Of a stretch of 64,000 nucleotides of DNA, positions 1-10,383 are shown one piece after another. The position numbers were made by a program, and so were the translations under genes. The stretch comes from Candidatus Latescibacterota bacterium (lineage in GTDB: Bacteria > Latescibacterota > UBA2968 > UBA8231): the NCBI GenBank assembly GCA_965200315.1, contig OZ241362.1, positions 2,016,001-2,080,000 of the forward strand, written 5' to 3'. The notes under the pieces are model-generated. The model did no database searches. It saw only the letters and a list, made by a program, of their open reading frames with translations, and was not told the origin of the DNA. Numbering within the stretch: the first letter of the stretch is position 1; every line of letters begins with the position of its first letter.

Positions 1-263
1 TTGGCGCTGCACAACACCACATCGCTGTCGACCAGTTCAGGATGCAATAATCCATCTACCCCCGCGCCCCAACTCTGCATCCACTTGAGCTTTTTCCGCC
101 GCGCGAACATTTCCTCGCTGATGTGCCCGCAGACGACCTCGATCTCCGGCATAACCTCCAAGGCCGCCTCTGAATCCACCTGCACCACTTCTACTTCCTC
201 GGCCACCTGCCGAATCTCCTCGATCAACTCCTCGGTTAAATCCATCTGCATCAAGACTTTCAT
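1..263 (-). CDS. D-2-hydroxyacid dehydrogenase family protein, N-terminal part (runs off window start)
   Basis: Not in ORF track. Minus strand reads MKVLMQMDLTEELIEEIRQVAEEVEVV...KKLKWMQSWGAGVDGLLHPELVDSDVVLCSA, with the LKW.Q..GAGVD motif. RBS AAGGAGG lies upstream of ATG 263. Confidence 0.8.
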   Translation of the reverse strand, partial: MKVLMQMDLTEELIEEIRQVAEEVEVVQVDSEAALEVMPEIEVVCGHISEEMFARRKKLKWMQSWGAGVDGLLHPELVDSDVVLCSA

Positions 264-350
264 AAGCCCTCCTTCCCTTGCAATTGTCCGTCCTCGGCGG
301 TAGGCCCTATTATTTGTTTTTCCCAATTCTACCAACCACGGAAGCAGGTC

Positions 351-1865
351 ATGCAAAATCACCTCGTCAAGACCCACCCAGACGGTACGGTCCTCCCGCG
401 CGAAGAGCAATTGGCTTGGAAGCTGGCCCAGCTCGCCGCCCACAACCAAGCGGCCGACGCGGATGTCGTCGAGATGATCGGCAACCGCGTCATCGACAAC
501 GCTGCGGTCGCCCTCGCCGCAATCAACCGGCCAGCGGTGCGCAACGCCCGCCTCCTCGCCCTCGGCTACCCCCATCCCCACCACAGCGGCGCCCGCCTCT
601 TTGGCGTGGCCAACGACCGCAGCTTCCACTGCGAGTGGGCCGCCCTCGCCAACGGCGTGGCCGTGCGCGAACTCGACATGCACGACACCTACCTCGCGGC
701 CGACTACTCGCATCCCGGCGACACCATCCCCGGCTTGCTCGCGGCCGCCCAGCAAACGGGTGCCGCGGGCCGCGCCCTGACCTTGGGCATACTCACGGCC
801 TATGAGGTACAGATGGCACTGGTAACGGGCATTTGCCTACACGAGCACAAGATCGACCACGTCGCCCACCTCGCCCCGGCCGTGGCCGCCGGGCTTGGGA
901 CCATGCTCCAGATGCCAGCCGAGCAAATCTACCAAGCCATCAACCAGAGCCTGCACCTAGCCTGCGCCACCCGCCAGTCGCGCAAAGGAGACATCACCTC
1001 GTGGAAGGCCTACGCCCCAGCCCAAGCCAACAAGATCGCCATCGAAGCGGTGGGCCGGGCGCGTCTCAGCGAGCGAGCACCGTCGCCCATCTACGAGGGA
1101 CGCGACGCCGTCATCGCTTGGATGCTGTCCGGGCCAGATGCCGAATACCGAGTTCCCCTGCCTGAACCGGGCGAGAACATGCGCGCCATCCTGCGCTCCT
1201 ACACCAAGGAACATTCGGCCGAATACCAAGCCCAAGCCCTGATCGATCTCGGCTTCCGGCTCCACGCTCGCCATATAGACTTAAACCAAGTAGAAGACGT
1301 CGTAATCCTCACCAGCCACCACACGCACTACGTGATCGGCACCGGAGCCAACGACCCGCAGAAAATGGACCCGGACGCCTCGCGCGAGACCCTCGACCAC
1401 AGCGCCATGTACATCCTCGCTGTCGCCTGGGAGGACGGCGCTTGGCACCACGTACATTCCTATACCTCGGAGCGCACCCACCGCCCCTCGACCGTCGCGC
1501 TGTGGCACAAGCTCCGCACCGAAGAAGTTGCCGAATGGACCCAAGCCTATCACCATCCCGATCCCGACCACAAGAAGTTCGGTGCCCAAGTCGTGGTGCG
1601 CCTCGCCGACGGCACTCAGATCGCCGAACGCCTCGACAACCCCAACGCCCACTACCTCGGCGAGCGGCCCTTTGCCCGGACGGACTACATCGACAAGCTA
1701 GCCGTATTGACCGAGGGACTCGTAGCGCCAGCCGAGGTTGAGCGCTTTCTGGGACTAGTAGACCGGTTGCCGGACCTGACGCCCGAGGAAGTGGGCCAGC
1801 TCAATCTCGTGGCAGCCGAGGGCATGTTGGAAGACGCCAGCAGCCCCCGCGTAGGCATTTTGTAG
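351..1865 (+). CDS. prpD: MmgE/PrpD family protein (2-methylcitrate dehydratase)
   Basis: 504 aa with [50 protein letters not shown] and SRETLDHS motifs. Confidence 0.88.
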   Translation: MQNHLVKTHPDGTVLPREEQLAWKLAQLAAHNQAADADVVEMIGNRVIDNAAVALAAINRPAVRNARLLALGYPHPHHSGARLFGVANDRSFHCEWAALANGVAVRELDMHDTYLAADYSHPGDTIPGLLAAAQQTGAAGRALTLGILTAYEVQMALVTGICLHEHKIDHVAHLAPAVAAGLGTMLQMPAEQIYQAINQSLHLACATRQSRKGDITSWKAYAPAQANKIAIEAVGRARLSERAPSPIYEGRDAVIAWMLSGPDAEYRVPLPEPGENMRAILRSYTKEHSAEYQAQALIDLGFRLHARHIDLNQVEDVVILTSHHTHYVIGTGANDPQKMDPDASRETLDHSAMYILAVAWEDGAWHHVHSYTSERTHRPSTVALWHKLRTEEVAEWTQAYHHPDPDHKKFGAQVVVRLADGTQIAERLDNPNAHYLGERPFARTDYIDKLAVLTEGLVAPAEVERFLGLVDRLPDLTPEEVGQLNLVAAEGMLEDASSPRVGIL

Positions 1866-1868
1866 TCA

Positions 1869-3167
1869 TCAAGCCCGCAGCAAGTCTTCGCCTTCTGTGC
1901 GCGCCACCAGCGCCGTGACCACCAGATCGCTGGTCACGTTGACGGCCGTGCGGCACATATCGAGCAAACGATCGACAGCCAAGACAATGGCGATGGCTTC
2001 CACCGGCAGGCCGACCGCGGGCAGGATCAGCGCGATAGCGACCACACCGGCAGCCGGGATGCCCGCCACGCCGATCGACGTGAGCAAGGCGAGCAATACG
2101 ACGATTAGCTGCTCCGCGATGCCAAAATCTATGCCAGACGCGAACGCGTACACTTGGGCAATGAACACCACCACTACGCACTCGTACAGCGCCGTGCCGT
2201 CCATGTTCACCGTCGCCCCCAACGGCAGGACAAAGCTGGTCACGCGGTTGGGGATGCCAGCCTGTTCGGCGCTGTTGATGGTCACCGGCAAGGTCGCCGC
2301 AGACGACGCAGTCGAAAACGCGGTCAATTGCGCCGGCGCAATTTTGGCGTAGTACTGGTATGGACTGATGCCGGCGACCAAGCGCAACAGCAGCGGCAAC
2401 CAGACGGCAAAATGCACCGCCAGCGCCAGCAATACAGTCAGGAAGAACAGGCCCAATGCTTCGAGCGCGGCAAAGCCGGAGACGAGTAACGTCTTACCCA
2501 CCAGCGCAAACGCGCCGATGGGAGCAAACCGCATGATCCACATCGTAACCAAGATCATAAGGTCGTGCAGGCCGACCCAGAACTGCTGTAAGATGTCGCC
2601 TGCCGGCCCGTTCAGCCGCGCCATGAAATACCCAAACACGACCCCGACAAATACCAGCGCCAGCAGTTGAACCTCTAGCGCGGCCGCGAAGATGTTGGAC
2701 GGTATCGCGCGCTTGAGTACCTCGACCAGATCGCGTATGCCGCGCCCCTCTACCTTGTCCATGACTTGCGACGGATCTGGCAGCGCCGTGCCCAGCGCCC
2801 GCGCCGACTCCGTTTCGCCGGGCGCTATGACATTCACGCAAACGAGGCCAGTGAAAACCGACAGGAACCCCGTCGCCACGTAAAAGGCCACCGTCTTCCC
2901 GCCGATGCGTCCAAAGGCGTTCTGGCTCGCCATGTTGCGGACACCAACAATGATCGAAGACAGAATCAGCGGCACCACGATCATCTTCAGCGCGTTGAGG
3001 AACAAGCTGCCAAAGAAATCGAGAATTTCTATGAGCGACGCGCCAAACAGCGTCGTGCGCTCGTCGGCCAGCCACCCCACCAATGCAGCGAGGACCAAGG
3101 CAATGGCGATCTGCCAGTGCAACGAAATGCCGATAAACCGCGAAAGTGCGCTACGCTGGCTCTTCAT
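1869..3167 (-). CDS. dicarboxylate/amino acid:cation symporter (DAACS, GltP/DctA-like)
   Basis: [29 protein letters not shown] and [15 protein letters not shown] family signatures; multiple TM segments. Confidence 0.93.
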   Translation of the reverse strand: MKSQRSALSRFIGISLHWQIAIALVLAALVGWLADERTTLFGASLIEILDFFGSLFLNALKMIVVPLILSSIIVGVRNMASQNAFGRIGGKTVAFYVATGFLSVFTGLVCVNVIAPGETESARALGTALPDPSQVMDKVEGRGIRDLVEVLKRAIPSNIFAAALEVQLLALVFVGVVFGYFMARLNGPAGDILQQFWVGLHDLMILVTMWIMRFAPIGAFALVGKTLLVSGFAALEALGLFFLTVLLALAVHFAVWLPLLLRLVAGISPYQYYAKIAPAQLTAFSTASSAATLPVTINSAEQAGIPNRVTSFVLPLGATVNMDGTALYECVVVVFIAQVYAFASGIDFGIAEQLIVVLLALLTSIGVAGIPAAGVVAIALILPAVGLPVEAIAIVLAVDRLLDMCRTAVNVTSDLVVTALVARTEGEDLLRA

Positions 3168-3222
3168 CTATTTCTCCTTTGTAAATGAGTTGATTTTTAT
3201 AACATATTTGTTAATTTTCGGT

Positions 3223-3555
3223 ATGGCTTGGGGAAATCGTTTATTACAACGAGACGTCCAAAGTATCCTGAGTGCTTAGCCCATCGGCATCCGAGCCGTT
3301 TATGCCCGGCTCACAGAGCGAATCTCGGTTTTTGGGCCAAGTTTGGGAATGCCTTTTACACGAGCATTGGGAAATGGTTTATTTGAGATTAGAGCAAAAG
3401 GCAAACAAGGAATAGGAAGTGCGTTTTTCTGTACGGTTGTTGATCAAAAGGTAGTTGTGCTTCATGCCCATATCAAAAAGTCTGAGAAAACACCTCTAAA
3501 AGAACTGGAGCTTGTAAGCAAACGTCAGGAGGAGTTTAAACATGAAAACCCATAA
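3223..3555 (+). pseudogene. RelE/ParE (HigB/Gp49-like) toxin with premature amber stop
   Basis: Reads ATG3223 MAWGNRLLQRDVQSILSA, TAG at 3277-3279, then in frame PIGIRAVYARLTERISVFGPSLGMPFTRALGNGLFEIRAKG...VVVLHAHIKKSEKTP. Overlaps the downstream antitoxin. Confidence 0.75.
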
Positions 3556-3832
3556 GGAATTGCTTGACGAATGGATGAAAGACCCTGAATTCGTCGCTGA
3601 ATACGACGCGCTTGCAGATGAGTTCGCCCTCTTTGACGAAATGCTCAAAGCCAGAAATAATGCTGGTTTAACTCAGGCTGATGTTGCCAAAAAAATGGGC
3701 ACCCAAACGCCAGCAGTCGCACGCCTTGAAGCATCGGGACGCCATAAAAAGCACTCCCCTTCTCTTGCAACTCTGCAAAAATACGCAGAAGCTGTTGGCT
3801 GCCGCTTGGACATCCGCCTGATTCCTCGTTAA
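3542..3832 (+). CDS. XRE-family HTH antitoxin (HigA-like)
   Basis: GLTQADVAKKMGTQTPAVARLEAS...PSLATLQKYAEAVG HTH; follows the RelE-like toxin. Confidence 0.88.
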   Translation: MKTHKELLDEWMKDPEFVAEYDALADEFALFDEMLKARNNAGLTQADVAKKMGTQTPAVARLEASGRHKKHSPSLATLQKYAEAVGCRLDIRLIPR

Positions 3833-3863
3833 ACAAGACTCACTCCCTGTGGAGAACGCCACC

Positions 3864-4982
3864 ATGATCTACGACGGACACGCCTATTGCTTCCCACCGC
3901 CAGGCCGCAACGGGGGCTTCGCCGACCCCGCCGAGTTCTGGCGGCACCTGCAACTGTTCATGGCCCAGGCCCGGCAACAGCCCTGCTGGCGACGCCCCGA
4001 CCGCGCCCCGGCCGATGCCACGGGCCTCTACGACCCCGATCGCCCTTGGCACTTCGACGGCCTGCGGGACGCCGCTTTCCGCACCGGGGAGCACGGCCTC
4101 GTCGAGTGGACGGTGGACGGCGAGGACTACGTGAAGCAGGCCCTGCCGCCATGGACAGTGGACTTCGCCTTCCCCGCCGACAGCCTAGTGGCGGAGATGA
4201 ACTACGCCGGCATTGATCGGGCGCTTCTGCACCGCACCCCGTACATGGGTCTGGGCGACGACTACATCGCCGACTGCTGCCAGCGCCACCCGGGGCGGCT
4301 CCAAGGCTTGGCCTACGTGCCCGAATGGTGGTTCCCCAGCCGGACGGACGACGCCGTCGCCAAGTTACAACGGGCGATTCGCCACCACGGCCTGTCGGGC
4401 CTGCAGTTCATGCCCTTTCACCGGGCCCTCTACGACCTCTCGCCCGAGTGGACCGGGCCCGATTTCGATCCTTTGTGGGCGGCCGTGGCCGAGCTGGGGA
4501 TCCCCGTGTTCTTCACCCTCGGTGGGATGAGATCGCCCGCCGCGTACCTCAGCGAGTTGCGCGCGCTGCGCGCTTGGATGGACCGCTTCCCGGACGTCGA
4601 TGTGGTCCTAACCCACGGCTTCCCTTGGCGGATGTTCGCCGACGACGACCGGCTCCACGTGCCCGACGAGGTGTACGAGGCGACGCCCATCGGCCACCCG
4701 CGCTTCCACATCCAAATCCTCTTCGCCGTGTTCCTCCAGTCGCGCTGGGACTACCCCATGCCACAGATGCGGCCCGTCCTAGAGAAGATGGTCGAACGCA
4801 TCGGCACCGAGCGCATTCTGTGGGGGACGGACATCCCCATCGTGCTGCTGCACTGGACCTACCGCCAAAGCCTCGACTATGTGCGGCGCTACTGCCCGTT
4901 CATAGGCGAATCTGCAATGGCGGCGATCCTCGGCGGCAACATGGAACGGCTCTTGGGATCGGTGGATTCGGCCTGTCGCTGA
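3864..4982 (+). CDS. amidohydrolase family protein (Amidohydro_2)
   Basis: IYDGHAY start, VVLTHG, ILWGTDIP, ILGGNMERL. GGAG RBS precedes ATG 3864. Confidence 0.85.
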   Translation: MIYDGHAYCFPPPGRNGGFADPAEFWRHLQLFMAQARQQPCWRRPDRAPADATGLYDPDRPWHFDGLRDAAFRTGEHGLVEWTVDGEDYVKQALPPWTVDFAFPADSLVAEMNYAGIDRALLHRTPYMGLGDDYIADCCQRHPGRLQGLAYVPEWWFPSRTDDAVAKLQRAIRHHGLSGLQFMPFHRALYDLSPEWTGPDFDPLWAAVAELGIPVFFTLGGMRSPAAYLSELRALRAWMDRFPDVDVVLTHGFPWRMFADDDRLHVPDEVYEATPIGHPRFHIQILFAVFLQSRWDYPMPQMRPVLEKMVERIGTERILWGTDIPIVLLHWTYRQSLDYVRRYCPFIGESAMAAILGGNMERLLGSVDSACR

Positions 4983-5030
4983 ATGCGCCGTGCTCGTAGC
5001 TGAGTTCGCCCTTTTTGCTGAAATGCTCAA
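4975..5030 (+). repeat. degenerate 56-bp copy of antitoxin segment 3593-3648
   Basis: gtcgctgaatgcgccgtgctcgtagctgagttcgccctttttgctgaaatgctcaa aligns ungapped to gtcgctgaatacgacgcgcttgcagatgagttcgccctctttgacgaaatgctcaa (about 47/56 by eye). Confidence 0.8.
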
Positions 5031-5031
5031 C

Positions 5032-6246
5032 TCACTCCAGCACCGACCCCTCCGCTTCCACCCGCCCGTACATGCGTGCGAATTCCTCGGACCCGTCGTC
5101 GTGCCACACCGCAAAAGACAACCCCCGAATAGTCCCTTCGGCAAAGCCGGTTAACGCATCTATCGGCGGGATACTAGCCGTGTAGAGCACGTGCCCATCC
5201 GGCAGGCGCAGCTTGCCTAAGTGCCGGGGGATTTCCGCTGGGGCGCGCTGCGCCAAGCGCGCAATAACCGCTTCGTCCACCTCCACGCCGAGGCCCGGCC
5301 CCTCGGGCACGGGCGAACAACCTTCGACGATCTCAATGCGCTGACGGGCCGCGTCCTCCTCGTACTGGTCGTCGAGGTTGATCGAGTGCGCAGCCGTGGG
5401 CAGCACAGCCGCCAAGTGCAGTGCCAACGCCTTGGCCAAGGTGCCTCCAGTTAGCTGCACCACCACCTGCACATTGGCTTTGCCATAAGCCAAGCCGCGC
5501 ACCAGCGCGTCGCCAAATCCGCCGCAGTACTCGGCCACGATGTACGCATCGGCCATCCCCTGCACGACTTCCTGCAACCCGCCCAGCGGCGGCACGTGCA
5601 TGACCAATGGCACACCGCATTGGGCGCGGAGTCGCCGCCAGCCTTCTACATCGCTCAGCACTAAGGGGTCCTCGATATAGCCCACTACGGGCGATTTTTC
5701 GAGCTGTTTGACGATGGGCAGCACCGTGGCCAAGGTGCGGTTGGAATTGAAGTCGTACTGCATCTTGAAGCCGGGTGGCGCGACATCCTCTACCGCGCGA
5801 TTTTGCTCAAACACGTCGTGGTGCTGGCAAGTGTGCATCTTAAACAGCCGATAGCCTTGATCGGCGGCGCGGACGATTTCGCGGCTCAGCTCTTCGGGAT
5901 CGGCGGGCCGCGTCCACGCCGCCACCGGCACACGGTCGCGCACTTTGGGACCCATCAGCTTGTAGGCCGGCACTTCGAGGTACTGGCCCATCACGTCGTA
6001 CAAGGCCCCGGCCAAGCCGAGGTGGACCTCGCTGCCCAAAAAATCGAAGGGACTGCGGCCGATGAGGCCCTCCACGCTCTGTGCGGGCGGCGTACAGCGG
6101 TACTCGCCCCAGCCCACCAAGCCGTTGTCGGTTTGCACCTTGAAGAAGGTGCGCTGGTCAATGGAGCGGAAGCGCACGGCGTGCTCGGCGTTGCGAGTGG
6201 CGAGCGGCACGTGCGCCGGAATGATGTCAACATCGGTTATTTTCAC
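5032..6246 (-). CDS. mandelate racemase/muconate lactonizing enzyme (enolase superfamily)
   Basis: VKITDVDI start (GTG 6246, RBS GAGGAG), KVQTDNGLVGWGE, FKMH, YDFN, YIEDP, PEGPGLGVEVDE. Confidence 0.88.
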   Translation of the reverse strand: MKITDVDIIPAHVPLATRNAEHAVRFRSIDQRTFFKVQTDNGLVGWGEYRCTPPAQSVEGLIGRSPFDFLGSEVHLGLAGALYDVMGQYLEVPAYKLMGPKVRDRVPVAAWTRPADPEELSREIVRAADQGYRLFKMHTCQHHDVFEQNRAVEDVAPPGFKMQYDFNSNRTLATVLPIVKQLEKSPVVGYIEDPLVLSDVEGWRRLRAQCGVPLVMHVPPLGGLQEVVQGMADAYIVAEYCGGFGDALVRGLAYGKANVQVVVQLTGGTLAKALALHLAAVLPTAAHSINLDDQYEEDAARQRIEIVEGCSPVPEGPGLGVEVDEAVIARLAQRAPAEIPRHLGKLRLPDGHVLYTASIPPIDALTGFAEGTIRGLSFAVWHDDGSEEFARMYGRVEAEGSVLE

Positions 6247-6338
6247 GGTTGTTCTCCTCGTTTGACTTATGTAAAATAGGGCCATTACCTTTACGCAAAG
6301 TTGATGTTCAGTTCAACTCAAACCCGAACGGATCTGTT

Positions 6339-6570
6339 GTGGATTCCAGCAAATTTATAGACTATTTACACCGCGAGCTCAAGCTGCAAGAACCCGATCA
6401 CACCGCACCAACAGTTATAGATCTCTTTGCCGGTTGCGGCGGCTTGGCACTCGGCTTTGAAGTGGCTGGTTTTAAGACATTTGGCTTTGAAGTGGCGACA
6501 GATGCTTGTGCGACATACGGCGAGAATCTTCACGGCGAATGTTATTGCGTCCGCCTGACAGAAGAAACAG
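6339..6570 (+). pseudogene. DNA cytosine-5 methyltransferase N-terminal fragment
   Basis: TVIDLFAGCGGLALGFEVAGF is SAM-binding motif I, followed by GFE...ACATY..N. No catalytic PCQ motif; the frame runs on into a transposase. Confidence 0.8.
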
Positions 6571-6619
6571 GAAAGCCTCGGCTATGTTGTGGAAGCTCAA
6601 ATTTTACAAGCCGTTCACT

Positions 6620-7292
6620 TCGGGGTGCCGCCCGATTGCACGACCAGTTTGTTCAAAACGTGCAATCTGAGAGGGTGCAGGTCGATGAGATATGGTCGTT
6701 CTGCTATGCCAAGAAACGGACCGTAGCGGCGGGCGGTCCGCTCGGCTCCACCGAGGCGGGCGACGTGTGGACTTGGACCGGCCTTGACCCTGAAACCAAG
6801 CTATTGATCGCGTGGCACGTAGGCGACCGCACCATGAATAGCGGCAAGGTGTTTATGGCGGATCTGCGGTCGCGGCTGGCGCACGAAGTGCATTTGACCT
6901 CTGACCAGTACGGCGTCTATGCCGAGGCCGTAGAGGATGCTTTCGGAGCCGACGTAGATCACCACCAGATCACCAAGCGGCAAACCGGCAAGGCCACCAC
7001 GTCCCACGTTGAACGCCACAACCTGACGCTGCGGATGGGGATGCGGCGCTACACGCGCAAGACGAACGCTTTCAGCAAGAAGTTAGAGCCGCACAAGCGC
7101 AGCGTGGCACTGTTCATGTTCTACTACAACTTTATCCGCATCCACAAGAGCTTGAGAATGACGCCCGCTATGGCCGCAGGATTGACCAACACACTCCACG
7201 ACCTTGAATGGCTCGCCGAGCAGATCGAGGCCGCACAGCCCAAGCCCAAGCGGCCCAAAACCTACAAGCCAAGGAGAAAGCAAGATGACTAA
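6620..7292 (+). CDS. IS1-family DDE transposase, N-terminally truncated
   Basis: VQVDEIWSFCYAK, GDVWTWTGLDPETKLL, LTSDQY, TSHVERHNLTLRMGMRRYTRKTNAFSKK, YNFIRIHKSLRMTPAMAAG. The N-terminal DNA-binding part is replaced by the MTase fragment. Confidence 0.85.
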
Positions 7293-10212
7293 TCCAGCGA
7301 TTGAAGAACGGATTGCTAATCTTGAAGGGAACCTAGCGCACCTAGCAACGAAAGAGGATGTTGCTAGAGTAGAAACCAAAATCGCCGAACTCAAAGGCAG
7401 TTTTAATGTGTTATTGTTGAGTATGGGTAGCGGCCTAGCCTTGCTCAATATCGCTCAGCGTTTTTGGCCCGTTGTGTTTGTTGGCCTTTTTCTTCCCGCT
7501 CAAGTATTCGCCGACCGCTTTACCTACCATTGGGAGATAGACGAAACGCCCCAAGGCCAAGAAGCGGCTAGCCGGATTGAGCCGGTTAAAGTGGTCTTGT
7601 TGGATGAGGTGGTAGAGGTGGCGTCGCACTCTGCGGCGCTACAATTACGCGAGAAGTACTCGGTGCATCTAGGTCCTGAGTGGAGCGCAGAGCAAGCCTA
7701 CGGGTTACTTCGCACCTTTGAGTCTGTGCCGCAAGCAGTCAACTGGCCTTACGACGAAGAACCGACCGTGCCCGCGTCGATATGGATATTGAGCAACGGC
7801 CATGTTCAAGATGATATTGCCATAAGAACCAGAGACGGCCAACGCGAAGCAACGATTGCTAAAGCGGCGTTCACCTACGCCAATCCCTTATTGGCTGAAA
7901 TTGATGGCATTCGCGGCCGGTTTTTCTCCAAGAGGCTGCATCGGGCTGTTGTGCGATTCGCAACTAATAATGGCAAGGATCGACACACCTTAGAACGCAT
8001 CCTGTCAGAACGCTATGCTGTGAGTGTGAACGTGCCAGACTACCAAGCCTTGACCAAGCATACCACTGGCGAGGGAGCCGGGCGATTTATGCCCTTCAAG
8101 AACGAAGAATTGATTGCCCTAGCGTCGATGCTAGAAGAATACCCTTCAGGGATGCGCCACACGCCGGGGCTTTCCTATATAGTCCGGCGCTTAGATGGTA
8201 CGCCACACCCATTATATCCGGCTGCCGGAGCCGTAGCTTGGACGCAATCGGGCTATATCGAGTTTATGGAATCGGCATTTAAGGGAGCGGGCGCAGCCTC
8301 TATCAATCGGCTCGTTCTGCATGAGAAAGCGCATTTTCTTTGGGATCACCTCTTTGACGAACAACTCAAGGCCGACTGGATCGAGTTAGGGGGATGGTAT
8401 AGAACATCAGAGCGCGATAACGTAGCCGCGCAAGACGACGCTGAAACAGCTTGTGCAGGGGAATCGCTGTTCTCTATGATGGACTGCTTTGACAAGTCGG
8501 CTGCTTTTGCCCGGCCCGACCAAGAAAACGACTGGGCCACCACTAAGCAAACCGAGTTCGTTTCGGCCTATGCCCATGCACACAATCCAAACGAGGATAT
8601 GGCCGAATCCATTGCGTTCTACATCGTCAATCCCGACAAGCTCCGCAGCCGTTCCCCGGCCAAGTATGAGTTCATTCAGAATCGAATCATGCACGGTACG
8701 CGCTACATCTCGCAGATCCGCGCCGATCTGACGTTCCAAGTGTATAATCTCTACCCGGATTACGTCTATCCGGGGCGGATTGTTCGGGTCGATATTACCG
8801 TCGAGGGAAAGCCCCAAGAGGATAAGCGGATTACTATTGAGATTGAGCTACACCACGAAAATGAGCGGGATGTCGCCCAGCCGTCTCAGGTGCGTATCTT
8901 TGCCGAAAACGGAAACTTCTTTGACGTGTGGCTCGACCCAGTTGACAAAAATGGTCGGCGGCGCTCAACGGGCTATATCCTACGGGGCAAGCATACGCTG
9001 TCGAAGTTTGCACCCGATGGGTACTGGGGTCCCGATCAGATTGCCGTTACGGATGCAGTGGGCAATGAGCGGCTTCTATCGCAGGTTGATTTCGGCTGGA
9101 AGCTGTTTGTGGACAATCCATTGGCCGATTATGAAGCGCCCGTTTACGTGCCCAATTCCATGAAGTTGTCTTTGTCAGAAGGCGCAGAAAACGGACGGCC
9201 CTATCAGATTGTAACGGCTCGCTGGAAGTTGCTAGAAGACAACGACATTAAGGGCGTTTTGGTGTGGCTCAATGATGGGGATGCCGACACGTACTCCCGG
9301 CGTACAGAAGATTGGGGCGACTACGACAAGGCAACCGGCCAAGCCAGTGTTCAACTCATAATCCCCGACTATTACCCTAGTGGTATTTGGAAACTCAACT
9401 ATCTGGTGATGGAAGATATTGCGCTGAATAGTCGGGGAGTGTATTTCACTACCTCTAAGCGTCGTCTTAGAGATGGTGAAAACGCCATTGATGAAGCACC
9501 CGCGACTATCCAGATCAAGACGAAAAACCCCGACACCAAGCCGCCCACACTGGATTTGAACAGGATCACCGTTGACGCTGAGCCTACCAATCCAGCGGCC
9601 CCCAATGGCGAGACGCGGGTTGATATTTCCTTCAGAGTGAAGGACGACATTAGCGGCTACCGATCTACGGACATGCTTCTGCGCGACCCCCAAGGAGTCG
9701 AGCACTTTTTCCGCCATCACCGCAACGACTTGTATTACTCAGTTTACTTTCGCGGCGATCCTACCGTTTGGGCCACGTATGAAAACACTATCGTCCTACC
9801 CGTCGGCAGTGTCCCCGGCATTTGGGGCCTCGCTGAAATGACGGTATGGGACAAGGCCCAAAATAAATTGGTCGCCGACTTCACCGAGATTGTCCGCTTT
9901 GAGATAGATGGAAAAGCGGGCAAGATCACCGCAACACCCTTGCAGCTTTTGCCCAACGCGCCCAACCCCTTCAACTCGCAGACCGTCCTATCCTACTTCC
10001 TCCCCAAGCTGTCTTTCGTACGGCTGGAACTGTTCAACCTAATGGGCCAGCACGTCAAAACGCTCTATGAGGGCAACCAGCAAGCAGGACTGCATCAACT
10101 GCGCTGGGACGGCACGGATAAGGCCGGTAGAGGAATGGCCAGCGGAACCTATCTATATCGGCTGGCCACAGATCAGGGGGTACTCAGGCGAAAGCTGACG
10201 CTGTTGCGATAA
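7285..10212 (+). CDS. large secreted zincin-like metallopeptidase-domain protein with C-terminal FlgD/T9SS-type-A-like tail
   Basis: ATG 7285 with AAGGAG RBS. LHEKAH (HExxH) plus FVSAYAH..NPNEDMAES; C-terminal PNAPNPFNSQT...WDGTDKAGRGMASGTYLYRL...RKLTLLR. Confidence 0.7.
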   Translation: MTNPAIEERIANLEGNLAHLATKEDVARVETKIAELKGSFNVLLLSMGSGLALLNIAQRFWPVVFVGLFLPAQVFADRFTYHWEIDETPQGQEAASRIEPVKVVLLDEVVEVASHSAALQLREKYSVHLGPEWSAEQAYGLLRTFESVPQAVNWPYDEEPTVPASIWILSNGHVQDDIAIRTRDGQREATIAKAAFTYANPLLAEIDGIRGRFFSKRLHRAVVRFATNNGKDRHTLERILSERYAVSVNVPDYQALTKHTTGEGAGRFMPFKNEELIALASMLEEYPSGMRHTPGLSYIVRRLDGTPHPLYPAAGAVAWTQSGYIEFMESAFKGAGAASINRLVLHEKAHFLWDHLFDEQLKADWIELGGWYRTSERDNVAAQDDAETACAGESLFSMMDCFDKSAAFARPDQENDWATTKQTEFVSAYAHAHNPNEDMAESIAFYIVNPDKLRSRSPAKYEFIQNRIMHGTRYISQIRADLTFQVYNLYPDYVYPGRIVRVDITVEGKPQEDKRITIEIELHHENERDVAQPSQVRIFAENGNFFDVWLDPVDKNGRRRSTGYILRGKHTLSKFAPDGYWGPDQIAVTDAVGNERLLSQVDFGWKLFVDNPLADYEAPVYVPNSMKLSLSEGAENGRPYQIVTARWKLLEDNDIKGVLVWLNDGDADTYSRRTEDWGDYDKATGQASVQLIIPDYYPSGIWKLNYLVMEDIALNSRGVYFTTSKRRLRDGENAIDEAPATIQIKTKNPDTKPPTLDLNRITVDAEPTNPAAPNGETRVDISFRVKDDISGYRSTDMLLRDPQGVEHFFRHHRNDLYYSVYFRGDPTVWATYENTIVLPVGSVPGIWGLAEMTVWDKAQNKLVADFTEIVRFEIDGKAGKITATPLQLLPNAPNPFNSQTVLSYFLPKLSFVRLELFNLMGQHVKTLYEGNQQAGLHQLRWDGTDKAGRGMASGTYLYRLATDQGVLRRKLTLLR

Positions 10213-10263
10213 ACGCAAGGAGCAATCCAGCTATGGCTTACCCTTGGCTGAATCTAATCCCTG

Positions 10264-10383
10264 ATGTCATTCATCGCGGGCCTGCTCGTATATATTCTCA
10301 ATCGACTGTCGAATCTGTCGGATCGAGTATCGAAGATTGAGAGCCTACTTGAAGGATTTTTTCTAAGGAAAGATGCTGAATAG
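10264..10383 (+). CDS. small membrane/coiled-coil protein (possibly frameshifted from ATG 10233)
   Basis: MSFIAGLLVYILNRLSNLSDRVSKIESLLEGFFLRKDAE; AAGGAG lies before ATG 10233 in another frame. Confidence 0.4.
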   Translation: MSFIAGLLVYILNRLSNLSDRVSKIESLLEGFFLRKDAE

